The notes under the pieces: generated by a model
The model's input: only the letters and a program-made list of their open reading frames with translations
Told to the model about the DNA's origin: nothing
Database searches by the model: none
Made by a program: the position numbers and the translations under genes
Shown here: positions 29,433-38,587 of the stretch, in pieces
How positions within the stretch are numbered: position 1 is the stretch's first letter
Layout: the number at the start of each line of letters is the position of its first letter
DNA from: an uncultured Acidobacteriota bacterium
GTDB taxonomy: Bacteria; Acidobacteriota; Thermoanaerobaculia; Multivoradales; UBA5704
DNA: 64,000 nt
Assembly: GCA_963770895.1 (NCBI GenBank)
Contig: CAVYRF010000002.1
Coordinates: 1,472,001 to 1,536,000 of the forward strand
Direction of reading: 5' to 3'

Positions 29433-30663
29433 GCACCAGCCCCACCTGGCTCATGACTTCCTTGAAGCGCAGCGGCAGGTCGTGGCGGATGACCTCTTCG
29501 ATCAGCAGGATGAAGATCTGCCCACCGTCCAGAATGGGGATCGGCATCAGGTTGAGGATGGCGATGCTGATGCTGATCAAGCCCATGACATAGAACAGGC
29601 TCTTGAAACCGCTGCGCGCCGCGGCTCCCGCCACGCCGGCGATCTCGATCGGCCCGGACAGCGCGCCCTTGGGCGACATCTCGCGGCGGAAGATCTTGCC
29701 CAGCACCTGGAAGGTGTCGGCGACGATCTGGACGTTGAGCTGCAGGCTGGCCACCAGCGCCTGGCCCGGCGGCAGGCGGAAGCCCAGGCTGACGCCGATC
29801 CGTCCCACCTTGCCCTCCAGCGCCGGCACCACGGACAGCACCACCAGCTTGCCCTGGCGCGCCACGGTGATCGCCAGCCGCTGGCCCGGCCGTTTGCCGA
29901 TGGCGTCGACAAAGTCCTGGGAGTCGGTGATGGGGCGCCCGTCGACGGCGCGAATCTGGTCGCCGGGGAGAATGCCGGCGGCGATGGCCGGCTTGCCCAC
30001 CACCTCCAGGATCTCGGGGCGGACTTCGGGACCGATGCCGGGATCGCCGACTTCGTAACGCGGCACCCGCTTGGGCGTCACCGTCACGCCGAAGGACCGT
30101 TCGCCACGCCGCACCAGCAGCGGCACCGGCTTGTCCGGCGAGGTGACCAGCGCCATCTCCACGTCCTGCCAGTTGTGCGCCGGCTCGCCGCCGACCCTGA
30201 CGATGCGGTCGCCAGGCGCCAGGCCGGCCTTGGCCGCCGACGAGCCTTCGTCGACGGCGCCGACGACCGGCGGCACGTTCGGCAGGCTCGGCATCGGCAT
30301 GCCGATCATGAACAGGACGGCGAAGATGGCGCTGGACAGCACCACGTTCATCGCCGGCCCGGCCAGGAACACCAGCACCCGCTGCCAGCGCGGCTTGCTC
30401 AGGAACTGGCGGGGGTCGCCGGACTGCTCGTCGGGGCTTTCGCCATCGAGCCGCACGTAGCCGCCGAGCGGGATGGCAGCGATGCGATAGTCCGTCTCGC
30501 CGCGCTGGATGCCGATCAGGCGCTTGCCGAAGCCGATGGAAAACGTCAGCACGCGCACGCCGAAAGTCTTTGCCATGAGCAGGTGACCGGCTTCGTGCAC
30601 CACGATGATGATGCCCAGGGAAAAGCCGACCGCCAGCAGGTTGATCAGGATGTTGTTCATCAC
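29353..30663 (-). CDS. rseP: RIP metalloprotease RseP
   Basis: HEAGH, AGPAMN, two PDZ domains, NLMPIPILDGG. Confidence 0.96.
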   Translation of the reverse strand: MMNNILINLLAVGFSLGIIIVVHEAGHLLMAKTFGVRVLTFSIGFGKRLIGIQRGETDYRIAAIPLGGYVRLDGESPDEQSGDPRQFLSKPRWQRVLVFLAGPAMNVVLSSAIFAVLFMIGMPMPSLPNVPPVVGAVDEGSSAAKAGLAPGDRIVRVGGEPAHNWQDVEMALVTSPDKPVPLLVRRGERSFGVTVTPKRVPRYEVGDPGIGPEVRPEILEVVGKPAIAAGILPGDQIRAVDGRPITDSQDFVDAIGKRPGQRLAITVARQGKLVVLSVVPALEGKVGRIGVSLGFRLPPGQALVASLQLNVQIVADTFQVLGKIFRREMSPKGALSGPIEIAGVAGAAARSGFKSLFYVMGLISISIAILNLMPIPILDGGQIFILLIEEVIRHDLPLRFKEVMSQVGLVLILMLMMVVIYFDLSKNLPASLLPGS

Positions 30664-30681
30664 GGAACGCCCTTTGATTCC

Positions 30682-31539
30682 CTACCGGGAGAGACCCGGC
30701 AGCAGCAGCCAGGTGCCGATCTGCAGCACCGGCGCCGCGAACAGCAGCGCGTCGCAGCGGTCCAGGATGCCGCCGTGGCCGGGCAGGATGTGGCCGGAAT
30801 CCTTGACGCCGACCCCGCGCTTGAGCATCGATTCGACCAGGTCGCCCACCTGCGCCGCCACCGCCGTCACCGCCGCCAGCAGCAGCAGCCACGGCTCCAG
30901 CCGCCCCAGCCGGAAGACCCCCCAGACCCCCGCCGCCAGCACACCGGTCAGGAACCCGGCGGCGGCGCCCTCCCAGCTTTTTTGCGGGCTGACGGTCGGC
31001 GCCAGCTTGTGGTGGCCGAAGCGCTTGCCGACGTAGAAGGCGGCGGTGTCGCCCAGAAACACGATCGCGAGCAGCAGGAAGACCAGCCAGGGATCGGCGT
31101 GCTGCAGACGGTAGATGCTGGCGATCGGCACCGCGAAGTAAGGCAGTCCGAAGGCGAGGATGCCGATGCTCTCCATGGCTTCGGCGATCGGCGTGCGGGC
31201 CAGCAGCACGACGCTGCCGACACCCACCGAGAGCAGGGCGGCAAAGGCGATCAGCAGCTGCTGCTCGCGGTCGGGGTCGAGCGCCAGCGTCATCGCCACC
31301 GCCGCGATCAACACCAGCACCGGCAGCACCACCAGCGGCGCGTGCGGCGCCCGCGCGCGTGCGATGGCGATGTATTCGAACGCCGCCCAGATGATGAACA
31401 CGGCGGTGAAGACGAAAAACCAGGCGCCGCTCAACAGGAAGATCCCGGCCAGCAGGATCGGGGTCCCGACCACCGCGGTCAGCACGCGCTGCACCGAGGA
31501 CGTGGGAGCGCTGGGCGACGGGTGCGTGACGTGTTCCAT
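30682..31539 (-). CDS. cdsA: Phosphatidate cytidylyltransferase
   Basis: SPQKSWEG, GDLVESMLKRGVGVKDSG, PGHGGILDRCD. Confidence 0.96.
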   Translation of the reverse strand: MEHVTHPSPSAPTSSVQRVLTAVVGTPILLAGIFLLSGAWFFVFTAVFIIWAAFEYIAIARARAPHAPLVVLPVLVLIAAVAMTLALDPDREQQLLIAFAALLSVGVGSVVLLARTPIAEAMESIGILAFGLPYFAVPIASIYRLQHADPWLVFLLLAIVFLGDTAAFYVGKRFGHHKLAPTVSPQKSWEGAAAGFLTGVLAAGVWGVFRLGRLEPWLLLLAAVTAVAAQVGDLVESMLKRGVGVKDSGHILPGHGGILDRCDALLFAAPVLQIGTWLLLPGLSR

Positions 31540-31633
31540 GAGGGTGGGTTCGGCGCGGCGGCGGATTCAACAAGTTACCACAACAGGCAGGCCCCGGACA
31601 TGGAGGCGGCGCCTGTTGCGTAAGTTCGCGGCA

Positions 31634-32446
31634 TCATCCCCCGCCCTGCCGGCCGCCCGCCTGCTCGGGGGGCTCCTCGGGCGGCTGGGGCGCGGTCCAG
31701 GATGGCGGATAGAAGACCCGCTCCAGCACCAGGCCGTGGGCGGGCGCCTTGGGACCGGCGGCGCTGCGGCAGCCGCCCGACAGCAGGGCGGCCAGGTCCG
31801 CCGGCGACCGCCGCGCCAGCCCCACCTCCAGGAGCGTCCCCGCCAGCGCCCGCACCATGCCGCGCAAAAATCCGTCGGCGACGATGCGAAAGCGCAGCTC
31901 CTCGCCGTCTTCCTGCACGACCGCCGATTCGACGGTGCGCCACGGTTGCGTGTGCGACCCGCCCGCCTGGGCAAAGGCCGAAAAGTCGTGCCGCCCGACG
32001 AGCGCCCCGACCGCGCGCTGCATGGCGGCGGCGTCGACGCGCGCCGGAACCCGCAGCGCAAAGGGCGCGTCGAGCGGCGACAGCACGTCGGCGCGGCTCA
32101 TGCGGTAGCAATACTGCTTGGCGCGGGCGGCGCGCCGAGCGTGGAACCCGGCGCCCACCGGCTGCGCCGACAGCACCCGGACGTCCGCCGGCAGCCAGTG
32201 GTTGGTGCCGTGGACCAATTTCCGCGGCGGCAGACGCGCCACCCGCTCGGACGGCTGCACGTGCGCCGCCTGGCCGCGGGCGTGGACCCCGGCATCCGTG
32301 CGGCTGGCGCCCACCAGGCGCACCGGCGCGCCCAGCAGCTCAGCCATGGCATCCTCCACAACCTGTTGCACGCACAGGGCATTGGCCTGCCATTGCCAGC
32401 CGGCGTAGGCGGTGCCGCAATAGGAGAGGGTCAGCAGAACCGACAT
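31634..32446 (-). CDS. truA: tRNA pseudouridine(38-40) synthase
   Basis: GWQWQ, SRTDAGVHARGQ, FHAR, GRHDFSAF, FLRGMVR, APAHGLVL. Confidence 0.96.
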   Translation of the reverse strand: MSVLLTLSYCGTAYAGWQWQANALCVQQVVEDAMAELLGAPVRLVGASRTDAGVHARGQAAHVQPSERVARLPPRKLVHGTNHWLPADVRVLSAQPVGAGFHARRAARAKQYCYRMSRADVLSPLDAPFALRVPARVDAAAMQRAVGALVGRHDFSAFAQAGGSHTQPWRTVESAVVQEDGEELRFRIVADGFLRGMVRALAGTLLEVGLARRSPADLAALLSGGCRSAAGPKAPAHGLVLERVFYPPSWTAPQPPEEPPEQAGGRQGGG

Positions 32447-32751
32447 GGGATCCGGCGGGCAGGCGTCGAGTTTGCATGGCTTGGCGGCAAGCCCATGGAG
32501 CGCCGGTCGATCGGTCCGAGGCTTGGCTTGCGCGGCCCAGCCGCTATACTGTTGGCCGCGATCGCGAGCGGGTGGATGTTCGCGCGCTTATTGCGCGTCG
32601 TCGGACGGCGTCCAAGGCAAAGGCCGCGAGCGCGGAGCTCCGGCGAGGACAGCGAGTGCGAGGAAGAGACAATGACCCAGGTACGCCGCGATCGACCGCG
32701 CGATAGGCGCGATACCGCCCGCTTTGCCGGCGCCAGCGCGGGGCCCGCGCG

Positions 32752-34251
32752 ATGATCCCGGCAGCTCTGGGGCCGGCGGTGCTGGGCCTCTATTACCTGA
32801 TCCTGTCGATCCTGGCTTTCTTCGGCGTCCATCGCCTGTGGATGGTGCTGCTCTACCTGCGCACGCGCAACCACGGCACCCAACGCCCTCCCGATCCTGA
32901 AACGTGGCCGCTGGTCACGATCCAGCTGCCACTCTACAACGAGATGTACGTAGCGGCGCGCCTGATTGATTCAGTCTGCCGCCTGGACTACCCGCGCGAC
33001 CGGCTGGAGATCCAGGTGCTCGACGACTCGACCGACGAGACGATCGCCATCGTCGATCGCCTGATCGAGGAGCACCGCGCCGCGGGCATCGACATCAAGG
33101 TGGTGCGGCGGGCGGAGCGCACCGGCTTCAAGGCCGGCGCCCTGGCCCACGGCCTCACCCTGGCGCGCGGCGAGCTGCTGGCGGTGTTCGACGCCGATTT
33201 CGTGCCGCAGGCCGAGTTCCTGCGCCTGTCGGTGCCCTACTTTGCCGATCCGCGCATCGGCCTGGTGCAGGGGCGCTGGATGCACATCAACCGCGGGTAT
33301 TCGCTGCTGACGCGGGTGCAGTCGATCTTCCTCGACGGGCACTTCCTGATCGAGCACATCGCCCGCAACCGCAGCAACTGCTTTTTCAACTTCAACGGCA
33401 CCGCCGGCATCTGGCGGCGCGACGCGATCGTGCAGGGCGGCGGCTGGGAGCACGACACCCTGACCGAGGACCTCGACCTATCCTACCGGGCGCAGCTGAT
33501 CGGCTGGAAGTTCATCTACCTGCCCGAGCTGGCCGTGCCGTCCGAGCTGCCGGTGGACGTCAACGGCTTCAAGACCCAGCAGTACCGCTGGGCCAAGGGC
33601 GCCATCCAGACCGGCCGCAAGCTGATCGGCAGGGTGCTGCGGGCGCCGCTGCCGCTGCGCGTCAAGTTCGAGGCGTTCGTCCATCTCACCAACAACATCA
33701 GCTATCCGCTGATGCTGCTGCTGTCGCTGCTGATCTTCCCGGCCATGCTGCTGCGCCACGGCAATACGCCGCGCATGCTGCTGCTGGTGGACCTGCCCTT
33801 GTTCCTGTCGGCGACGCTGTCGGTGCTGGTCTTCTACCTGATGAGCCAGGTGGCGGCGGGCACCGGCTGGCGCAAGCAGATCCGTTACCTGCCGGCGCTG
33901 ATGGGCCTGGGCATCGGCCTTTCGGTGGTGAACGCCCACGCCGTGCTGACCGGCCTGGTGCAGCGCGGCGGCGTGTTCCTGCGCACGCCCAAGTACAGCA
34001 TCGAAAGCCGCGGCCAGGACTGGCGCCGCAAGCGCTATCGCGCCGGCGTCAGCTCTTCGTTCGTCACCGAAGCCGCGCTGGGCGTCTACTTCGTCTTCTG
34101 CACGCTGTACGCCGCGCTGCACGGCATGTGGCTTTCGGTCCCCTTCCTGCTGCTGTTCGTGCAAGGTTACGGCTACATGGCGCTGCTCTCGATCCTGCCG
34201 GCGCTCGACGGTCTGCGCCTGGCGCGCACCGGAGCCAGCTGGCAGAGCTGA
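32752..34251 (+). CDS. Processive GT2 glycosyltransferase (cellulose synthase-like)
   Basis: QLPLYNE, DDSTD, KAGAL, DADF, TEDLD, QQYRW (D,D,D,QxxRW), multiple TM segments. Confidence 0.93.
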   Translation: MIPAALGPAVLGLYYLILSILAFFGVHRLWMVLLYLRTRNHGTQRPPDPETWPLVTIQLPLYNEMYVAARLIDSVCRLDYPRDRLEIQVLDDSTDETIAIVDRLIEEHRAAGIDIKVVRRAERTGFKAGALAHGLTLARGELLAVFDADFVPQAEFLRLSVPYFADPRIGLVQGRWMHINRGYSLLTRVQSIFLDGHFLIEHIARNRSNCFFNFNGTAGIWRRDAIVQGGGWEHDTLTEDLDLSYRAQLIGWKFIYLPELAVPSELPVDVNGFKTQQYRWAKGAIQTGRKLIGRVLRAPLPLRVKFEAFVHLTNNISYPLMLLLSLLIFPAMLLRHGNTPRMLLLVDLPLFLSATLSVLVFYLMSQVAAGTGWRKQIRYLPALMGLGIGLSVVNAHAVLTGLVQRGGVFLRTPKYSIESRGQDWRRKRYRAGVSSSFVTEAALGVYFVFCTLYAALHGMWLSVPFLLLFVQGYGYMALLSILPALDGLRLARTGASWQS

Positions 34252-34310
34252 TCGGCCCATGGATGCCACACCCGGCACGCGCCAGGCATATGCAGGCATA
34301 GAATGAATTG

Positions 34311-34862
34311 ATGTTTGCCGAGCGCACCTCCTCGCCGGTCGTGACGCTGCGGCCGGCGGCGCCGCGCGACGCGGAGCTGCTGCGGCTGTGGCGCTCCGAA
34401 ACCAGCGTGCGCCGCTTCCAGCCGCTCAACGACCTGCCGACCTCGCAGCTGCGCGCCGACGTGGCCAGCCAGCGGATGTCCGAGCTGTACCGCGGCCAGG
34501 GCGACAAGTTCCAATGGATCGTGCAGGTGGACGGCCAGCCGGCGGGGTGGATCACGCTGGTGGTGAGCAATTGGGAGCACGGCCTGTCGGAAGTCGGCTA
34601 TGCGCTGTCGAGCGCCTTTCAGGCGCGCGGCCTGATGACCGAAGCCCTGGGCCTGCTGCTCGCCGACCTGTTCACCAACACCAACCTGGAGCGCATCGAA
34701 GCGCGCTGCGCGGTCGAAAACGACGCCTCCAGGCGGGTGTTGGAAAAGAACGGCTTCCGCCTGGAGGGCCAGCTGCGCGGCTACTTCAAGCTGCGCGGCC
34801 GCCGCGTCGACAACTACCTGTTCGCGCTGCTGCGCGAGGAATACACCCTGCCGCGCCGCTAG
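34311..34862 (+). CDS. GNAT N-acetyltransferase (RimJ/RimL family)
   Basis: EVGYAL, QARGLMTEAL, NDASRRVLEKNGFRLEG. Confidence 0.92.
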   Translation: MFAERTSSPVVTLRPAAPRDAELLRLWRSETSVRRFQPLNDLPTSQLRADVASQRMSELYRGQGDKFQWIVQVDGQPAGWITLVVSNWEHGLSEVGYALSSAFQARGLMTEALGLLLADLFTNTNLERIEARCAVENDASRRVLEKNGFRLEGQLRGYFKLRGRRVDNYLFALLREEYTLPRR

Positions 34863-37256
34863 TCACAGCACTTCGAGGTTGGCGTAGCGGGCGATCAGCT
34901 TGCGCTTGCCGGTCTTGTCAAAAAAGACCGTGATCTTGGCCTCTTCCCCCTGCCCTTCCAGCTCCAGCACCACGCCGTGGCCGAGCGACGGATGGCGCAC
35001 CCGGCTGCCGCGGCGCAGCCGCTGGCGCTGGGGGCCCGGCGCCGCATCGCCGCCGTCTCCGTCGGGGTCGGGGACCACCCGGCGCCCCGCCGGCGAAGGC
35101 TGGCCGGTGCGCGCCGGCTGGCGGTAGCCGCCGCCGGACCACGCCGGGGCCGACCCCGGCCGGCCGACCCCCGCGGCCCCACCGCCGGTCGAGCGGCCGC
35201 CGCCGGCGGCGCCGGCGCCGCCCGGAGCCGCGCCGCCCGCCGGACCGCCGCCGAAGAACGAATAGATCCCCTGGGCGCGGGAGTCGTAGCGCGGCGCGGC
35301 GAACAGCGTCGGGCTCTGCCGCACGTCCATCAGCTCGCCGGGCAGCTCGGCCAGAAAGGGCGACTCCATCTGGTCCTGGTAGCGGCCGGCGATCCGCCGC
35401 CGGCCGCAGCACGTCAGCAGCAGCCGCTCGCGCGCGCGGGTCATCCCCACGTACAGCAGGCGGCGCTCCTCTTCGATGTTTTCGGGCTGCCCCTGGGAGT
35501 TGAAATGCGGCAGCAGCCCGTCCTCCAGCCCGGTCACCACCACCACCCTGAATTCCAGCCCCTTGGCGCTGTGCAGCGTCATCAGCGAGATGCCGCGTTC
35601 GCCCTGGTAGGAATCCAGGTCGCTGACCAGCGACACGTGGTCCAGGAAGGCGGTCAACAGGTCGGGGTCGCTGCTGTTGTAGCTGTTGGCCTCGGTGAAG
35701 CCCTGCGCCGCCGACAGGAACTCGCGGATGTTTTCCAGCCGCGCCTGGTCGTCGGGGTCGTCCTGGCGATAGAGATCGGCGTAGCCGGTCGCCGCCAGCA
35801 GGCGATCCAGCAGGGCCGGCAGCGGCAGCTCGGCGGCGTCCTGCTGCAACCCCACGATCAGCTCGCGGAAGCGGCCCACGGCGGCGGCGCTGCGCGCCGG
35901 CAGCCCCCCCAGCTGCTCCAGGTACACCACGTCCCACAGCGTCTGCCCGAGCTGCAGGGCCTGGTCGCGCAGCAGCTCCAGCGTCGACTTGCCGATGCCG
36001 CGCGGCGGCTGGTTGACGATCCGCGCCAGCGAGAAGTTGTCGCGCGGGTTGCGCAGCACGCGCAGGTAGGCCACCAGATCCTTGATCTCGGAGCGGTCGT
36101 AGAAGCGGACGCCGCCGACCAGGGCGTACGGAATCTCGCGCTTGAGCAGCTCTTCTTCAATGGCGCGGGTCTGCGCGTTGGTGCGCACCAGGACCCCCAT
36201 GTCGCGCAGCTTCACCTGCCGGCTGGCCGACTGCAGGGTGTCCACCACCCAGGCCGCCTCCTCCAGCTCGTCGGCCGCCCGGTAGAGCTCGACCTTGGCG
36301 CCGCTGCCGCTGTCGGTCCACAGCGTCTTGCCGCGGCGGTTGCGGTTGTGGGCGATGAGGGCGCCCGACACGTCCAGGATGGTCTGCGTCGAGCGGTAGT
36401 TCCGCTCCAGCTTGCGGATGGTGGCGCCGGGGAAGACGGTTTCGAAGTTCAGGATGTTGTCCAGGTCGGCGCCGCGCCAGCGGTAGATGCCCTGGTCCTC
36501 GTCGCCCACCGCCGTCAGGTTGCCGTCGTCGCCCGCCAGCTCCTGGATGAGGCGCAGCTGGGCGTGGTTGGTGTCCTGGTATTCGTCCACCAGCAGGTGG
36601 CGGGTGCGGGCCCGCACCCGCGCCCGCACCTCGGGGTCGGTCGCCAGGAGCTTGACCGCCATCGCGATCAGGTCGTCGAAATCGACTCCCGACGCCTGCA
36701 GCAGCAGCCCCTGGTAGCGGCGGTAGAGCGCCGCGACCTTCTTTTCGAAGAAGTTGTGCGCCGCCGACTCGTAGGCCGCGGGCTCGATCAGGCGGTTCTT
36801 GGCGGCGCTGATCTGAGCCAGCACCGCGCGCGGCGAAAACGCCGTTTCGGCCAGCCCTTCGGTGGCCAGCGCCTCCTTGATCAACGCCAGCTGGTCGGCG
36901 GCGTCGTGCACCGCGAAGTCGCGCTTGACGCCCGCCCGCTCGCCGTAGCGCCGCAGCAGCAGCAGGGCGAAGCGGTGAAAAGTGCCGACCGACGCCGGCA
37001 GGGGGTGCAGCCCGAGCAGGTCTTCGACCCGCTCGCGCATCTCGGCGGCGGCCTTGTTGGTGAAGGTGACGGCGGTGATGTGGCCGGGATCGACGCCGCG
37101 CTCCTCCACCAGCCACGAGATCCGATAGGTTATGACGCGGGTCTTGCCCGACCCGGCGCCCGCCAGGACCAGCTGCGGGCCGTCGCCGTGGGTGACGGCG
37201 GCGATCTGCTCGGCGTTGAGGTGGCGGGCAAGGTCGGCTGTGGCGCGGCTGCTCAC
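34863..37256 (-). CDS. pcrA: ATP-dependent DNA helicase PcrA/UvrD
   Basis: AGAGSGKT, TFTNKAA, VDEYQDTN, NYRST, TLHSAKGLEF, EERRLLYVGMTRA; C-terminal Tudor-like RVRHP..G.G. Confidence 0.95.
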   Translation of the reverse strand: MSSRATADLARHLNAEQIAAVTHGDGPQLVLAGAGSGKTRVITYRISWLVEERGVDPGHITAVTFTNKAAAEMRERVEDLLGLHPLPASVGTFHRFALLLLRRYGERAGVKRDFAVHDAADQLALIKEALATEGLAETAFSPRAVLAQISAAKNRLIEPAAYESAAHNFFEKKVAALYRRYQGLLLQASGVDFDDLIAMAVKLLATDPEVRARVRARTRHLLVDEYQDTNHAQLRLIQELAGDDGNLTAVGDEDQGIYRWRGADLDNILNFETVFPGATIRKLERNYRSTQTILDVSGALIAHNRNRRGKTLWTDSGSGAKVELYRAADELEEAAWVVDTLQSASRQVKLRDMGVLVRTNAQTRAIEEELLKREIPYALVGGVRFYDRSEIKDLVAYLRVLRNPRDNFSLARIVNQPPRGIGKSTLELLRDQALQLGQTLWDVVYLEQLGGLPARSAAAVGRFRELIVGLQQDAAELPLPALLDRLLAATGYADLYRQDDPDDQARLENIREFLSAAQGFTEANSYNSSDPDLLTAFLDHVSLVSDLDSYQGERGISLMTLHSAKGLEFRVVVVTGLEDGLLPHFNSQGQPENIEEERRLLYVGMTRARERLLLTCCGRRRIAGRYQDQMESPFLAELPGELMDVRQSPTLFAAPRYDSRAQGIYSFFGGGPAGGAAPGGAGAAGGGRSTGGGAAGVGRPGSAPAWSGGGYRQPARTGQPSPAGRRVVPDPDGDGGDAAPGPQRQRLRRGSRVRHPSLGHGVVLELEGQGEEAKITVFFDKTGKRKLIARYANLEVL

Positions 37257-37427
37257 CGGCGGAGTTTGTCCGACCCCCGCATGGATGGCAAGCGGCGCTG
37301 GCGCGTATGCACGCGTAGATGGGGGAATCGGCGCCGCGGTGGCGCGGTTCTCACCATCGCTCGGCGCCCGCCGAGGTCAGGGCCGCCGCGCCGGCACGGC
37401 CGGCGCATCCGGCGCAGGAAGGGAGAT

Positions 37428-38525
37428 ATGAAACCCGTCGATATCTACAATGAGATGGAAACCCAGGTCATCGGCCAGCAGGAGGCGCTGCGCTTCGTGT
37501 CGGTCGCCATCTTCAAGCACCTGGAGGGCGAGCGGTACGGCAACCTCCTGCTGATCGGCAACTCCGGCACCGGCAAGACCACCATCATGCGCGCCATCGA
37601 GTCGCTGTACTCCAACCACGACGACCTGGCGGAGTACCGCGTGGTGATGATCATGAACGCCAACACCTTTGCCACCGACGAGGGCGCGGTCGACACCAGC
37701 CGCCTGTTCGTCCGCCTCGAAGAGAAGGTGCGCCAGGTGGTGGGCCCCGGCGCCTCGGCCGAGCAGATCGGCCGCATGATGGAGCGCGCCACCGTCTGCC
37801 TCGACGAGATCGACAAGGTGTCGGGCATGGTCGGCGGCAAGCCCTACGTCACCGGCATCAACATCCAGCAGGCGCTGCTCACCCTGATCGAGGGCGAGCT
37901 GGTGCCGCGGCAGATCACCGGCATCGAAAACGGCGTTCCCCAGGCGCGCTCGGTGTGGGTGGACACCAGCAAGATGCTGTTCCTGTGCGCCGGCGCGTTC
38001 GAAACCCTGTACGACCAGGTCTTCGCGCGCGTCGTGTCGCCCAAGAGCGGCACCAAGCTGCCCACCGTCACCACCTACGTCAACGGCAAGATCCAGATCC
38101 GCGAATACTTCACCCTGCGCCACCACTTCCGCCAGGAGGACCTCTTCGAGTACGGCATGCAGCCGCAGTTCCTGTCGCGCTTCGACAACGCCGTCATCCT
38201 GGAAGACCTCAACCCGGCGCTGCTGTCGCGCATCTTCACCGAGCCCGAAAACAGCGTGCTGCGCACCTCGCAGGGCTTCTTCCGCCGCTACAACATCGAC
38301 CTCCAGGTCACCGACCAGGCGGTGCAGCGGATCGCCGAAGAGGCCGCCAAGAGCAGCCGTATCGGCGCCCGCGCCCTCAAGTCGATCTACGGCCGCATCA
38401 TCAAGCCGTTCGAATTCGACCCGTTTTCCCACTCCCAGGTGCAGCCGCTGGGCGAAGACGGCGAGGGCTACCGGCTGGTCATCGACGACGGACTGGTCGC
38501 CAACACCCTCAAGCCGCCGATCTGA
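37428..38525 (+). CDS. ClpX/HslU-like AAA+ ATPase lacking the N-terminal Zn-binding domain
   Basis: VIGQ, GNSGTGKT, LDEIDK, QQALLTLIEG, LFLCAGAF, GARAL; AAGGGAG RBS before ATG 37428. Confidence 0.88.
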   Translation: MKPVDIYNEMETQVIGQQEALRFVSVAIFKHLEGERYGNLLLIGNSGTGKTTIMRAIESLYSNHDDLAEYRVVMIMNANTFATDEGAVDTSRLFVRLEEKVRQVVGPGASAEQIGRMMERATVCLDEIDKVSGMVGGKPYVTGINIQQALLTLIEGELVPRQITGIENGVPQARSVWVDTSKMLFLCAGAFETLYDQVFARVVSPKSGTKLPTVTTYVNGKIQIREYFTLRHHFRQEDLFEYGMQPQFLSRFDNAVILEDLNPALLSRIFTEPENSVLRTSQGFFRRYNIDLQVTDQAVQRIAEEAAKSSRIGARALKSIYGRIIKPFEFDPFSHSQVQPLGEDGEGYRLVIDDGLVANTLKPPI

Positions 38526-38587
38526 CCGCCGGCGGCTGACCGGCGGCGCGCGTCACAACGATGTCGCGGTCGCTTACAATCGCCACC

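Noticed and set aside
34977-38525. 1182-aa ORF suggesting a giant AAA+ protein
   Set aside because: The N-terminal ~815 aa is antisense to pcrA; the real start with an RBS is at 37428.
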